Below, piece after piece: positions 9,846-19,095 of a DNA stretch of 64,000 nucleotides (its first letter is position 1; each line of letters begins with the position of its first letter). The position numbers and the translations under genes are program-made. The DNA lies in NCBI GenBank assembly GCA_029288775.1, contig JARIGQ010000004.1, positions 3,303-67,302 of the forward strand, given 5' to 3'. The DNA comes from Candidatus Nomurabacteria bacterium (GTDB taxonomy: Bacteria > Patescibacteriota > Minisyncoccia > Phycocordibacterales > UBA5272). The notes beneath the pieces were generated by a model. That model made no database searches. It saw only the letters and a program-made list of their open reading frames with translations, and had not been told where the DNA came from.

Positions 9846-11015
9846 TTATCTGGTATCTTTCATTGGTAAGACGTACGAAACACTCCACAAAAGTGCACAA
9901 CCTAAAACAATAAACATAAGTTGGGGTCGCTCTACAAGGAACGGAGCAAGCGCCAAACCGATTGCCCCTACTGCTATGGTTGCAAATGACATCGTGTTTG
10001 AAAAAAGCGCCGTAAGGGAAGCATCTTCCGGACCTACTTTTTTGAAGTAGTATGCAAAGGCCATCGTTTCCACAAAAGCTGCCCCGATACGAGAACTCAG
10101 GAGGACGATAAGCCATAGTGAGACGCTCGGCACATCTATTAAAACACACAGGAAGGTAGTGAGGGCAAGAATAAGCAATCCTCCAATCAAAAGTTCTTTC
10201 TCTCCGAGTTTGGTATCTGCAAGGTAGCCAAGCTCGTAAGGAAGGACGACAAGAGGAATAAGTGCAAAGGGAAGTATGGCCGTAAGATACACAGGAAGAT
10301 TAATGCCAATGGTTACAAGGTACATCGGTGAATAGATAATCATCACTGCATAAAAACATTGCGCCATGAATTCCGCCATGAGTGCAGCGCGTATGTTTTT
10401 ATCTTTCCACGCCACCTTAAGTGCTTGCAGCATATTGATACGATCATATGCAGGCTCCTCAATATGCAAAAAATAATGGTGAATGAGAATTACAAACGGA
10501 ATAAGCATACACGCAGAGACAATATATACGGTAGAAAATGAAGCAACCGAAAGAATTGCTCCCGCAAGAACAGGGGAAATTAAGATGCCTATATTTAAGA
10601 GCGTGAGAAAGATACCTCGAATGGAACCTGTTTCTGCATGCTTTGAAAAGCTTTCGATAAACACATTCAAACAGACATAGATAAGGGTTTGCAGGAGAAA
10701 ATGTGTAATAAAGAGAAACGCAAGCAGATAGGGGTTTTGGAATAAGCCGAAGGCAATCGTAGCTACTATCTCTGCAGCTACAAGTGACATGGTGAATCGA
10801 TAGGTGTGCAAACGACGCATGTACTTGGAAACCGACATTGATCCATAGAGTGCGGCAAAGCTTCCAATCATATAAATGAGGCTCACATTGCCAGCACTCC
10901 AATAGGTATGCAGGTAGGACGAACTTACATACAAGGGTATGCCATAGTGCAGCGCGTAGAGGATAGTAAGAAGATAACTTACAAGAAGAAGACGGTTTTT
11001 GACAATGGCATGCAT
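9846..11015 (-). CDS. MFS transporter
   Basis: About 12 hydrophobic segments; GYLADTKLGEK MFS loop motif. Confidence 0.85.
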   Translation of the reverse strand: MHAIVKNRLLLVSYLLTILYALHYGIPLYVSSSYLHTYWSAGNVSLIYMIGSFAALYGSMSVSKYMRRLHTYRFTMSLVAAEIVATIAFGLFQNPYLLAFLFITHFLLQTLIYVCLNVFIESFSKHAETGSIRGIFLTLLNIGILISPVLAGAILSVASFSTVYIVSACMLIPFVILIHHYFLHIEEPAYDRINMLQALKVAWKDKNIRAALMAEFMAQCFYAVMIIYSPMYLVTIGINLPVYLTAILPFALIPLVVLPYELGYLADTKLGEKELLIGGLLILALTTFLCVLIDVPSVSLWLIVLLSSRIGAAFVETMAFAYYFKKVGPEDASLTALFSNTMSFATIAVGAIGLALAPFLVERPQLMFIVLGCALLWSVSYVLPMKDTR

Positions 11016-11030
11016 AACAAAAGTATATAG

Positions 11031-11060
11031 GAAAAAGGGCCGTTTTCCGGCCCGTTTTCC
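11031..11060 (-). terminator. Hairpin terminator after rnj
   Basis: GAAAAAGGGCCG-tttt-CCGGCCCGTTTTCC immediately past the rnj stop. Confidence 0.55.
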
Positions 11061-11067
11061 ACGTACG

Positions 11068-12915
11068 CTAGACGGTAATGATTACTGGAATAATAACTGG
11101 TCGCTTTGCAGTCTTTTGCAGAAGAAACTTGGTAGTTGATTCCGTCACATCCTGCTTGAGCTGGTCGAGATTCATATATCCGCCTCGAGCAAGGGCATCC
11201 TCGATAACTTTCTTGGTTAGGAGGCGTGTTTGATATAGCAAATCTTGTGATTCCTTGAGATAGACGAAGCCACGCGAAATAAGATCAGGGGATTTCTTAA
11301 GTGTGTGTGTTCGGCTGTCGATAACACCAATCACGACGAACATTCCATCTTCCGCAAGAGCTTGTCTATCGCGCATGACCACATCTTGTATCTTGCCCAC
11401 AGATGTTCCGTCTACCACAATCATTTCCGAGGGAGCTTTTTCCTTGATAATACCAATCTTATTTCCACCATCAGTGATTTCGATCACCATACCGTTATCA
11501 GGAATGACGATATTTTCTTCAGGGGTACCGAGCTTGCGTTCGATGTCGGCATGGACGCGAAGCATATAGTGATAGCCGTGTACGGGGATGAAGAACTTAG
11601 GATGCACTTTCCGGTGAATCCACATGAGTTCATCATGATTAGCGTGACCTGAAGAATGAACATCAGATGTCTTATAGTGAATAAGATGAGCACCTTGGCG
11701 AGAAAGTTTGTCTTTCAGGTTTTGTACTGCGCGTTCGTTGCCTGGCACGATAGAGGAGGACATGAGAATGGTGTCGCGCGGAGTAAGGCGAATAAATTTG
11801 TGCGTTTTATTCGCAATGCGACCGAGAGCTGCAAATTCTTCTCCTTGTTGGCCGGTAGCCAAAATGATAAGTTTGTTTTCCGGGTAGCGATTCATGTCTT
11901 CGAGAGGAATAAGCGTCTCCGGTTTTACTTTGAGCATGTTTGCAAGCTTGGCGATCTCCACGTTAGTTTTCATGCTGCGGCCTTCCACCACCACTTTTTT
12001 GCCATATTTCTCTGCGGTATTAAGCATGAAGAGCATACGTTCTACCTGGGAAGCAAATGTAGAAATAATAAGACGGCCCGGGGTCTCGCGAATGATTGTT
12101 TCAATGTTGTTATACACGACCGTGTCCGAAATGGAGAATCCAGGGTTTTCACAGTTTGTCGAATCTGCCATAAGCAGGAGTACGTTACGATGTTCGAATA
12201 CTTTATAACGCTCAACTTCATCATCCGTTGGAATGCCGTCATTGTGTTCGAGACGCAAGTCACCAGTGTGAACCACATCTCCATAAGGAGTTTCTACAAT
12301 GATTCCCATGGAGTCAGGAATAGCGTGAGTTACACCAAAGAAGCGCACCTTAAGATCACCTAACGTTACCGTATCGTCTTTTTCAACCACGTTGATGGTA
12401 AGCGGAGCAAGGTGAGGGAATTCTTCTTGTCGCTTTTTAATCATGAGTGACGTAAAGAGCCTGGCATAAATCTGAGGGTTGCCAATGCGGGGCATAATAT
12501 AAGGGATAGCTCCAATGTGGTCGAGATGGCCGTGGGTCACCAGTACGCCTTTGATTTTATGTTTATGTTCTTCCAAATAACGAGTGTTTGGAAGAATAAA
12601 GTCGATACCTGGCGTATGGGTTTCGGTGAACTGAATACCGGAGTCAACAATCACAATACTATCCTTGTATTCAATCATACTCATGTTTCGGCCAATTTCT
12701 TCTACACCTCCCAAGTGAATGACGCGGATATCGCCGTCTTTGAGTGGGGGAATATGATCGGTTTCGCGTTTTCCGGAAACGGTCGTATCGAATTTTGGTC
12801 CAACCATAGACCGTGGTGGACGAGCATTGCGTCCACGACCGCCGCGAGACCGCTCGCGCCGGACGGGAGGAGCTTGAGTTTCGTTCTTTGGTGTTGTTGT
12901 AATTTCTTCGTTCAT
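11068..12915 (-). CDS. rnj: Ribonuclease J
   Basis: LGGVEEIGRNM, THGHLDHIG, HTGD, DSTN, HSSGHA, PVHG. Confidence 0.96.
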   Translation of the reverse strand: MNEEITTTPKNETQAPPVRRERSRGGRGRNARPPRSMVGPKFDTTVSGKRETDHIPPLKDGDIRVIHLGGVEEIGRNMSMIEYKDSIVIVDSGIQFTETHTPGIDFILPNTRYLEEHKHKIKGVLVTHGHLDHIGAIPYIMPRIGNPQIYARLFTSLMIKKRQEEFPHLAPLTINVVEKDDTVTLGDLKVRFFGVTHAIPDSMGIIVETPYGDVVHTGDLRLEHNDGIPTDDEVERYKVFEHRNVLLLMADSTNCENPGFSISDTVVYNNIETIIRETPGRLIISTFASQVERMLFMLNTAEKYGKKVVVEGRSMKTNVEIAKLANMLKVKPETLIPLEDMNRYPENKLIILATGQQGEEFAALGRIANKTHKFIRLTPRDTILMSSSIVPGNERAVQNLKDKLSRQGAHLIHYKTSDVHSSGHANHDELMWIHRKVHPKFFIPVHGYHYMLRVHADIERKLGTPEENIVIPDNGMVIEITDGGNKIGIIKEKAPSEMIVVDGTSVGKIQDVVMRDRQALAEDGMFVVIGVIDSRTHTLKKSPDLISRGFVYLKESQDLLYQTRLLTKKVIEDALARGGYMNLDQLKQDVTESTTKFLLQKTAKRPVIIPVIITV

Positions 12916-12952
12916 AGTATTGTGGTTAATTGCTAGTCTGTTCCCGGGAGGG

Positions 12953-14677
12953 TTAATGAATAATATTTTCTACTACCTGCTCAATCCGTTTGGTATATGT
13001 TATCGGCCATACTCGCTCGGTGTATACGTGCCATTCGTTAACAAGGGTGAAGCGTGAAGAGTTGGTATAGCTTACGGAAGGGAGTACGGTCGCTGCTTTG
13101 TCTTTTGTGACATAAATAAGCGAGGGAGCAAAGAGGAATATTCCGGGCACTTCTTCTTGGAACTCATCTTTTACTTTTGCATAGGTACTTGCGCGAGCTT
13201 CAGGATCCGTTTCTGTGCGCAATGTCTGGAGATTCGTGTCGAGACTATTGGAAACATAATTGGAGATATTAAGTCCGGGATAATTTCTTTGCGAGGAGTG
13301 CCAGAACGCATAGAGATCGGAAGGGGTTTCTACAATGGAACCAAAGAGAAGCGCTTGGAAGTCACGCTCGCGAATCACTGTTTGATTGAGATCTGTTACT
13401 TCATAGACGGCAAGGTTTACATTGATGCCGATTGCTTCCCAATAACTTTTGATCATGGTAGCAACTGCACGCATTTCATCGGTATTGGCAGTGGTCAACG
13501 TAATAGTAATTTGCTGCTTGGCTTTGCTTTCTTTTGAAAGAGAGAGAAGGCGTTTTGCTTCCTCAGGATCATAGGTTGAAACCGAAGTTTCATCGTCAAA
13601 TGGGAATGGGCCATCAAGTGCTTTGCCATAATTATGGAGCACGTTGTGTACGATGGCGTTCTTATCAATTGCTGCCTGGAGCGCTTGGCGTACTACTTTC
13701 TCTGAAAGAGCGGAGTTCTTATTAGGATTGAAAAATACCGTGAATGTGCGAGGGAGAAGGGAAGTGCGAACAGAGGATGAAGCTACCCCAAGCTGAAGTA
13801 CTTCATCGGGAGAAATACCGTGAATACGACTTACCTCTCCATCTTCAAATGCTTGAACGAGGTACTTTTCGCTTTGATAGGTTTTGATAATTAATGTATT
13901 GATGTACGGACGTCCAAGTGTGTATTTTTCATGTGCGGCAAGGTCAAATTCATACGGAATACCGGAAGATGTCTGAATGTCGTCGATTTTGTACGGTCCG
14001 CTTCCGATTGCGTGAATATTATAATCAGAGAGACTGAATTGTTCGACGCTAAGATTTTTCCAAATATGCTTAGGAAGAATGCCAAGTGTTAAGTTATTGA
14101 AAAAGAGAGGATATGGTTGGCGAAGGGTAAAAGTAAGTTCCTTGTCGCTTATTTTTTGCATAGTGATCCCTTCCCATTCAAGGCGGTGTGGGCTTTTGAT
14201 ATTTGCATCTTGCACGAGATTGATCGTATAGATTACGTCGTCTGCTGTAACTGGTTTACCATCGTGAAAAGTTGCTCCAGATTTAATGACAACATCATAA
14301 TGAAGATGATCATCGCTTTCGGTGATTGATTCTGCCATGTCATAGACGGTATTGCCTGCCTCGTCATACTTTGTAAGACCCGCATAAACGAGTGACGTGA
14401 GATCCTGATCCTGTTCAGTGCTTGCAAGGACAGGGTTAATGAAGCGGGGAGTTCCGATGATTCCTTCCGATATGCTTCCTCCATAACTTGGCACATTCAC
14501 GAGAAAGCGAGAGTTGATAGAGATAAGCGCCGAAAAGAGAAGTATTGCGGAGATAAACAAAAGCACCCACATCAAAATGACCTGTTCCGGAGAAAGTGAT
14601 CGATACAACTCCTTAAGTTTTGAAGGAGTTTTCTTGATTTCGCGATTGAAATCTTCTGGTATGTGAGAGGTGTCCAT
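12953..14677 (-). CDS. Family-5 (peptide/nickel) ABC solute-binding protein with an N-terminal membrane anchor
   Basis: TM segment, then GGSISEGIIGTPRFINP, FHDGKPVTADDVIYT, GSGPYKI, VRQALQAAIDK. No permease genes adjacent. Confidence 0.88.
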   Translation of the reverse strand: MDTSHIPEDFNREIKKTPSKLKELYRSLSPEQVILMWVLLFISAILLFSALISINSRFLVNVPSYGGSISEGIIGTPRFINPVLASTEQDQDLTSLVYAGLTKYDEAGNTVYDMAESITESDDHLHYDVVIKSGATFHDGKPVTADDVIYTINLVQDANIKSPHRLEWEGITMQKISDKELTFTLRQPYPLFFNNLTLGILPKHIWKNLSVEQFSLSDYNIHAIGSGPYKIDDIQTSSGIPYEFDLAAHEKYTLGRPYINTLIIKTYQSEKYLVQAFEDGEVSRIHGISPDEVLQLGVASSSVRTSLLPRTFTVFFNPNKNSALSEKVVRQALQAAIDKNAIVHNVLHNYGKALDGPFPFDDETSVSTYDPEEAKRLLSLSKESKAKQQITITLTTANTDEMRAVATMIKSYWEAIGINVNLAVYEVTDLNQTVIRERDFQALLFGSIVETPSDLYAFWHSSQRNYPGLNISNYVSNSLDTNLQTLRTETDPEARASTYAKVKDEFQEEVPGIFLFAPSLIYVTKDKAATVLPSVSYTNSSRFTLVNEWHVYTERVWPITYTKRIEQVVENIIH

Positions 14678-14712
14678 ATCTAGAAGCACATGGACTAGCT
14701 ATCGTGACTTAC

Positions 14713-14934
14713 TTATCTGACGATGAGAGGGTAGGCAAGCGTTATCACAAACAAAAGCGATGTGATAATCGTCATGCGATGTAATACCAATTCTCCACCG
14801 CGCTTTTCAAAGCTAGCTCCAGCCCCGTCGGCACCGAGTGCGCCAGACGCGTCGGTATTGGCTCGTTGGATGAGCACGAGGGCGATGAGGAGAATAGCTA
14901 GCGTTATTTGCACAATAGATAGCATGTGAACCAT
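14713..14934 (-). CDS. secG: Preprotein translocase subunit SecG
   Basis: Two TM helices; LVLIQ...GALG......KRGGE.VL.R.T. TGGTATAAT lies 6 nt before ATG 14934. Confidence 0.88.
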   Translation of the reverse strand: MVHMLSIVQITLAILLIALVLIQRANTDASGALGADGAGASFEKRGGELVLHRMTIITSLLFVITLAYPLIVR

Positions 14935-15004
14935 GATCCTATTATACCACAAGGCAAATAGAGGTGTAAATAGAATGGAAAATGGGGAAAAGTGTGACTT
15001 ACCC

Positions 15005-18000
15005 CTAGGTAAGCATCTTGATTTCGTCGACTACAAGGGTCTTTTCTCCGTTCCTTGTAGCCACTTTCCCGCGCACAACGATCGGCACATCAAGGACAAT
15101 AGAAGATTTGTAGCGCTTATAGGTTTCGGGGAACACGGCAACTTCCATAGCCCCTCTATAGTCTCGCAGGCGTACAAGAGCCATATGGTCGCCTTTTTTG
15201 GTTTTGGTGATCTTGGAGTTTTCAATGATTGCAGCCAGGGAAACTTCCTTACCATCTGCTATATCGTGGTGTATTTTTTCAATGTCTAATCCTCGTGCAG
15301 CAATTTTTTCTTTCCATGGATCAAGTGGGAAACCGGAGACAAAGAGTCCAAGCAGCTCTTTTTCCCATTGTAATTTTTGTTCTTGAGAAATAGGGGGAGC
15401 AGGTTTCATGACAAAAGATGTTGTATCTTCTGTACCAAACAATGAATCTTGCAGCACGTTGTCTTTCACTACGTGCTTATGGAAAGCGAGGATGTTATCC
15501 ATGTTTGCAAGTATTTGTCCGCGATCACCAAGTTCGTCGAGTGCACCACACATGGTGAGTGCTTCGAGAGATTTTTTGTTGAGGTTTTTATGCGTTACTC
15601 GGCGAATGAATTGTTCAAATGAAGTGAAGCGCCCGTTCTTATTCCGTTCTTCGATGATTGCATCCGAAATATCTACTCCTAAGTTTTTAATGGTGTAGAG
15701 TCCGAAACGAATTTCTTCTTTACCATTACTATCTTTAATAATGGAGAAACCTCCTTCGGATGCGTTTACATCCGGTGGAAGCACATTGATATTCATACGT
15801 TTACATTCCGCCACAATTTCTGCAATCTTTTCTACGTCTCCCGATTCATTTGTCATAATCGCTGTCATGTACGCGACAGGGAAGTTTGCTTTCATGTATG
15901 CCGTCTGGTACGCCACACGACCATAACTTGCAGCATGAGCCTTGTTGAATCCATATGCGGCAAATGGTTCGATTTGTTCCCACAGCAAGTCCGCCTTTTT
16001 TTGCGAAAGTCCATGTTCAATGAATCCTTGCATGAGCTTTTCTTTTTGCGCTGCCATTTCTGCAGGAATCTTTTTACCCATAGCTTTGCGAAGCTTATCC
16101 GCTTCAAGCCACGAGTACCCCGCCAAGTGAATAGCGATGAGCATCACGTCGTCTTGATATACGATGACACCGAATGATTGATCGAGTACTTGCTCAAGAC
16201 GTGGATCCACAAAAGAAATGAGCGAAGGGTTATGTTTTCGCTTGATGTATTCGGGAATCATTTCAAGCGGTCCCGGACGATAGAGCGCCACCATGGCGTT
16301 GATGTCGAAGATGGTTGAAGGTTTTAGTTCCTTTAAAAACCGTGTCATGCCAGAGCCGTTTAATTGGAAGAGTCCCATCGTTTCTCCGCGAGCAAGCATG
16401 TCAAATGTCTTTTGATCATCAAGCGGAATTGCTTCTATATCGAGCTTTACTCCATAACGGTCCTCGGCAATTTTAATGGCATCTCCTAAGATGGTGAGAT
16501 TACGAATACCCAAGAAGTCGAATTTAAGCAGACCGGCATCTTCGATCGTATACATATCATATTGTGTGATGATCTTGCCGCCTTTGGGATCTTTTTGTAT
16601 TGGGGTAAAGTCCCAGAGCGGAGAAGGGGAGATTACCGTGCCTGCTGCGTGTACAGAGATGTGTCGTGCACATCCTTCTACTTTTTGTGCCATGTCGAGA
16701 ATCATTTGTACTTCACGATCAGTGTCATACATTTCCTTAAGTTCCGGAACATCAACAAGCGCACTTGCAATGGTGACAGGGAATCCTTGTTTGGGTGGAG
16801 GAATCATTTTGGAAATTCTATCGCCAACGGTGTAGGGGAATTTCATTGCGCGCGCGACATCCTTCACTGCGCCACGAGCCATCATGGTACCGAAGGTTCC
16901 GATCTGGGCCACGTTATCAATTCCGTATTTGCTTCGTGCATAATCAATTACTTCATCGCGTCTTGTATCGGCATAGTCCATATCGATATCCGGTGCAGAC
17001 GGACGTTCTGGATTGAGAAAGCGTTCAAATGGAAGCTTGTATTCAAAAGGGTTACATTTTGTAATTTGAAGCAAATACGTTACGAGTGAGCCCGCAACCG
17101 ACCCTCGAATATTAGTGAGAATATTATTTTCTCGCGCGAAACGAAGAAGGTCGTATACCACAAGAAAGTATGGAGAATAGCCTTTGTCTGCAATCACTTT
17201 AAGCTCATAATCTAAACGCTCTAGTACATGCGGAGCAGGCTCCATGTCTCGTACTTGAAGTCCTGCATAGGCAAGCTCACGGAGATCTTCATCGTAGCTT
17301 TTTTTGAATTCAATATTGGGAAATACCCATTTGCCTAGAGGTATTTGTACATCACACAATTCGGCAAGCTTAACTGTGTTTTCAAGCGCATCCGGAATAT
17401 CTGCATATTGTTTCGCTGCTGCCTCTGGATCCACAAAAGAAAAGTCTTCTTTTTGAAAAAGGTGTGCGTATCTGTTTTGAGAGTATTCGTCACCGTGGAC
17501 AAAGTACAGTGTTTTGTGAGCTGCTTTATCATTAGGGCTTAAATAGTGTGAATTCCAGGTTGCAATAAGAGGGGTGTTTGTTTCGCGTGCAAGAGCGATT
17601 GTTTTTTCCCGCATAAGTGGTCCATGTTCCATTGCAGTATGCGGATTGATCTCGAGAAAGAAATGTTCACCAAAGTGTTCCTTGTAAAAAGCTAAGCGCG
17701 TCCTCGCTTCTTCTTCATTAATCGCCAGAAGATTGCTCACCTCTCCCCATTGTCCACCCGAAAGGAGAGTGATCCCATCTTTGTAGGTGAGAAGTATGTC
17801 TTGGGTGAGTACTGGTTCCAGTGGATTCTCGACGTTTACAATAGAGGTAATACGCATGAGATTTTTATAGCCCTGCAAACTATGTGCAATGAGAACTGTT
17901 TTAAACTTCCTGTCATTGTAATGAAGGTCAAATTCCACCCCTATGATAGGTTTTAATCCTTCTTTTTCACACGCTTTAGAAAACTCAATAGCGCCATACA

Positions 18001-18127
18001 TATTGCTGTAATCAGTAAGCCCTACAGCAGTATGACCATAGGATTTTGCTTTCTTTACGAGCGCATCTATTTTAGGGAGAGCGGAGAGAAGGGAATAGTG
18101 GCTATGGTTACGAAGATGCACGAACAT
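15005..18127 (-). CDS. dnaE: DNA polymerase III alpha subunit
   Basis: FVHLRNHSHYSLL PHP domain, RGSVAGSLV, FERFLNPER..PDIDMD, HAAG, KFDFLG, YGFNKAHA. ATG at 18127. Confidence 0.97.
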   Translation of the reverse strand: MFVHLRNHSHYSLLSALPKIDALVKKAKSYGHTAVGLTDYSNMYGAIEFSKACEKEGLKPIIGVEFDLHYNDRKFKTVLIAHSLQGYKNLMRITSIVNVENPLEPVLTQDILLTYKDGITLLSGGQWGEVSNLLAINEEEARTRLAFYKEHFGEHFFLEINPHTAMEHGPLMREKTIALARETNTPLIATWNSHYLSPNDKAAHKTLYFVHGDEYSQNRYAHLFQKEDFSFVDPEAAAKQYADIPDALENTVKLAELCDVQIPLGKWVFPNIEFKKSYDEDLRELAYAGLQVRDMEPAPHVLERLDYELKVIADKGYSPYFLVVYDLLRFARENNILTNIRGSVAGSLVTYLLQITKCNPFEYKLPFERFLNPERPSAPDIDMDYADTRRDEVIDYARSKYGIDNVAQIGTFGTMMARGAVKDVARAMKFPYTVGDRISKMIPPPKQGFPVTIASALVDVPELKEMYDTDREVQMILDMAQKVEGCARHISVHAAGTVISPSPLWDFTPIQKDPKGGKIITQYDMYTIEDAGLLKFDFLGIRNLTILGDAIKIAEDRYGVKLDIEAIPLDDQKTFDMLARGETMGLFQLNGSGMTRFLKELKPSTIFDINAMVALYRPGPLEMIPEYIKRKHNPSLISFVDPRLEQVLDQSFGVIVYQDDVMLIAIHLAGYSWLEADKLRKAMGKKIPAEMAAQKEKLMQGFIEHGLSQKKADLLWEQIEPFAAYGFNKAHAASYGRVAYQTAYMKANFPVAYMTAIMTNESGDVEKIAEIVAECKRMNINVLPPDVNASEGGFSIIKDSNGKEEIRFGLYTIKNLGVDISDAIIEERNKNGRFTSFEQFIRRVTHKNLNKKSLEALTMCGALDELGDRGQILANMDNILAFHKHVVKDNVLQDSLFGTEDTTSFVMKPAPPISQEQKLQWEKELLGLFVSGFPLDPWKEKIAARGLDIEKIHHDIADGKEVSLAAIIENSKITKTKKGDHMALVRLRDYRGAMEVAVFPETYKRYKSSIVLDVPIVVRGKVATRNGEKTLVVDEIKMLT

Positions 18128-18197
18128 AGGGTTAGTATACAGCATGATAAAGCTCACTAATCGGCATAGAGGAGGGATCTCTTATATACTCTGTGTG

Positions 18198-18860
18198 ATG
18201 TCAAAACTACCACCAAAACGCTCCATCCAGTACCCTTTCAAGGGTTGTATTGGGATAGATGAAGCGGGTCGCGGTCCTTTAGCCGGTCCGGTTACAGTGT
18301 GTGCGTGCTTTGTGGAAGATCTAAAAGAAGTAAAAAGAGTACTTTTTTCTAATTCTATTAGAGACTCTAAAAAACTTAATAATTCATTAAGAATCAATAT
18401 ATTTAAAACTATTAGACAAAAACGATTAATTAAATCTCGCATAGAATATGCAATTGCATCTCGTTCCGCTGCATTTATAGACCAGCATGGCATTGTGAAA
18501 GCAGTGGACGCGTGTATTGTTTCCTGTCTACGCACATTAAGTCGCAAGGGTCTTCCTGTGGAAACCCTCAAGATACGCTTGGATGGAGGTTTAAAAATTA
18601 AGCACTATAAGGCTAACCAGAGTACTCATATCAAAGGGGATGAACAGTTTGTAGAAATAGCTTTAGCCTCTATTGTGGCTAAAGTACATAGAGATAGCTA
18701 TATGGAGCGACTAGCAAAGCAAATAAAGGGATACAAGTGGGAAAATAACGTCGGGTATGGAACCAAAGAGCATAGAGAGGCTATAGGTAACATGGGTGCC
18801 ACAAAATACCACAGAAGTACGTATTTAAAAGGGTTTAAACTATTCGATAAAGCAGAATAA
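18198..18860 (+). CDS. rnhB: Ribonuclease HII
   Basis: IGIDEAGRGPLAGPV, IRDSKKL, LDGG, KGD, ASIVAKVHRD, GYGT..H. Confidence 0.95.
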   Translation: MSKLPPKRSIQYPFKGCIGIDEAGRGPLAGPVTVCACFVEDLKEVKRVLFSNSIRDSKKLNNSLRINIFKTIRQKRLIKSRIEYAIASRSAAFIDQHGIVKAVDACIVSCLRTLSRKGLPVETLKIRLDGGLKIKHYKANQSTHIKGDEQFVEIALASIVAKVHRDSYMERLAKQIKGYKWENNVGYGTKEHREAIGNMGATKYHRSTYLKGFKLFDKAE

Positions 18861-19095
18861 TTAAAAGAGGTCATTTTGGGCAAAAATTACAAAAAATTCA
18901 TCTTTTTGAGGGTGCTATAGAACGACCATAGAACGCTTCTCTAGAGGGCGTTCTAACCCCCTTAATAGCGGGGGGATAATTTATGCAAAAAAGTTAAAAT
19001 CACTTTTTAAGATAAGGGTTTTTTGTTTGGACTTTATCCACATTTTTTACTACTTTTATTCACGATTTTTACTATACTTAATAGTAATAAATTGC

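Noticed and set aside
18861-19095. Replication origin
   Set aside because: Only one perfect DnaA box, no dnaA/dnaN nearby, and skew cannot be assessed from this window.
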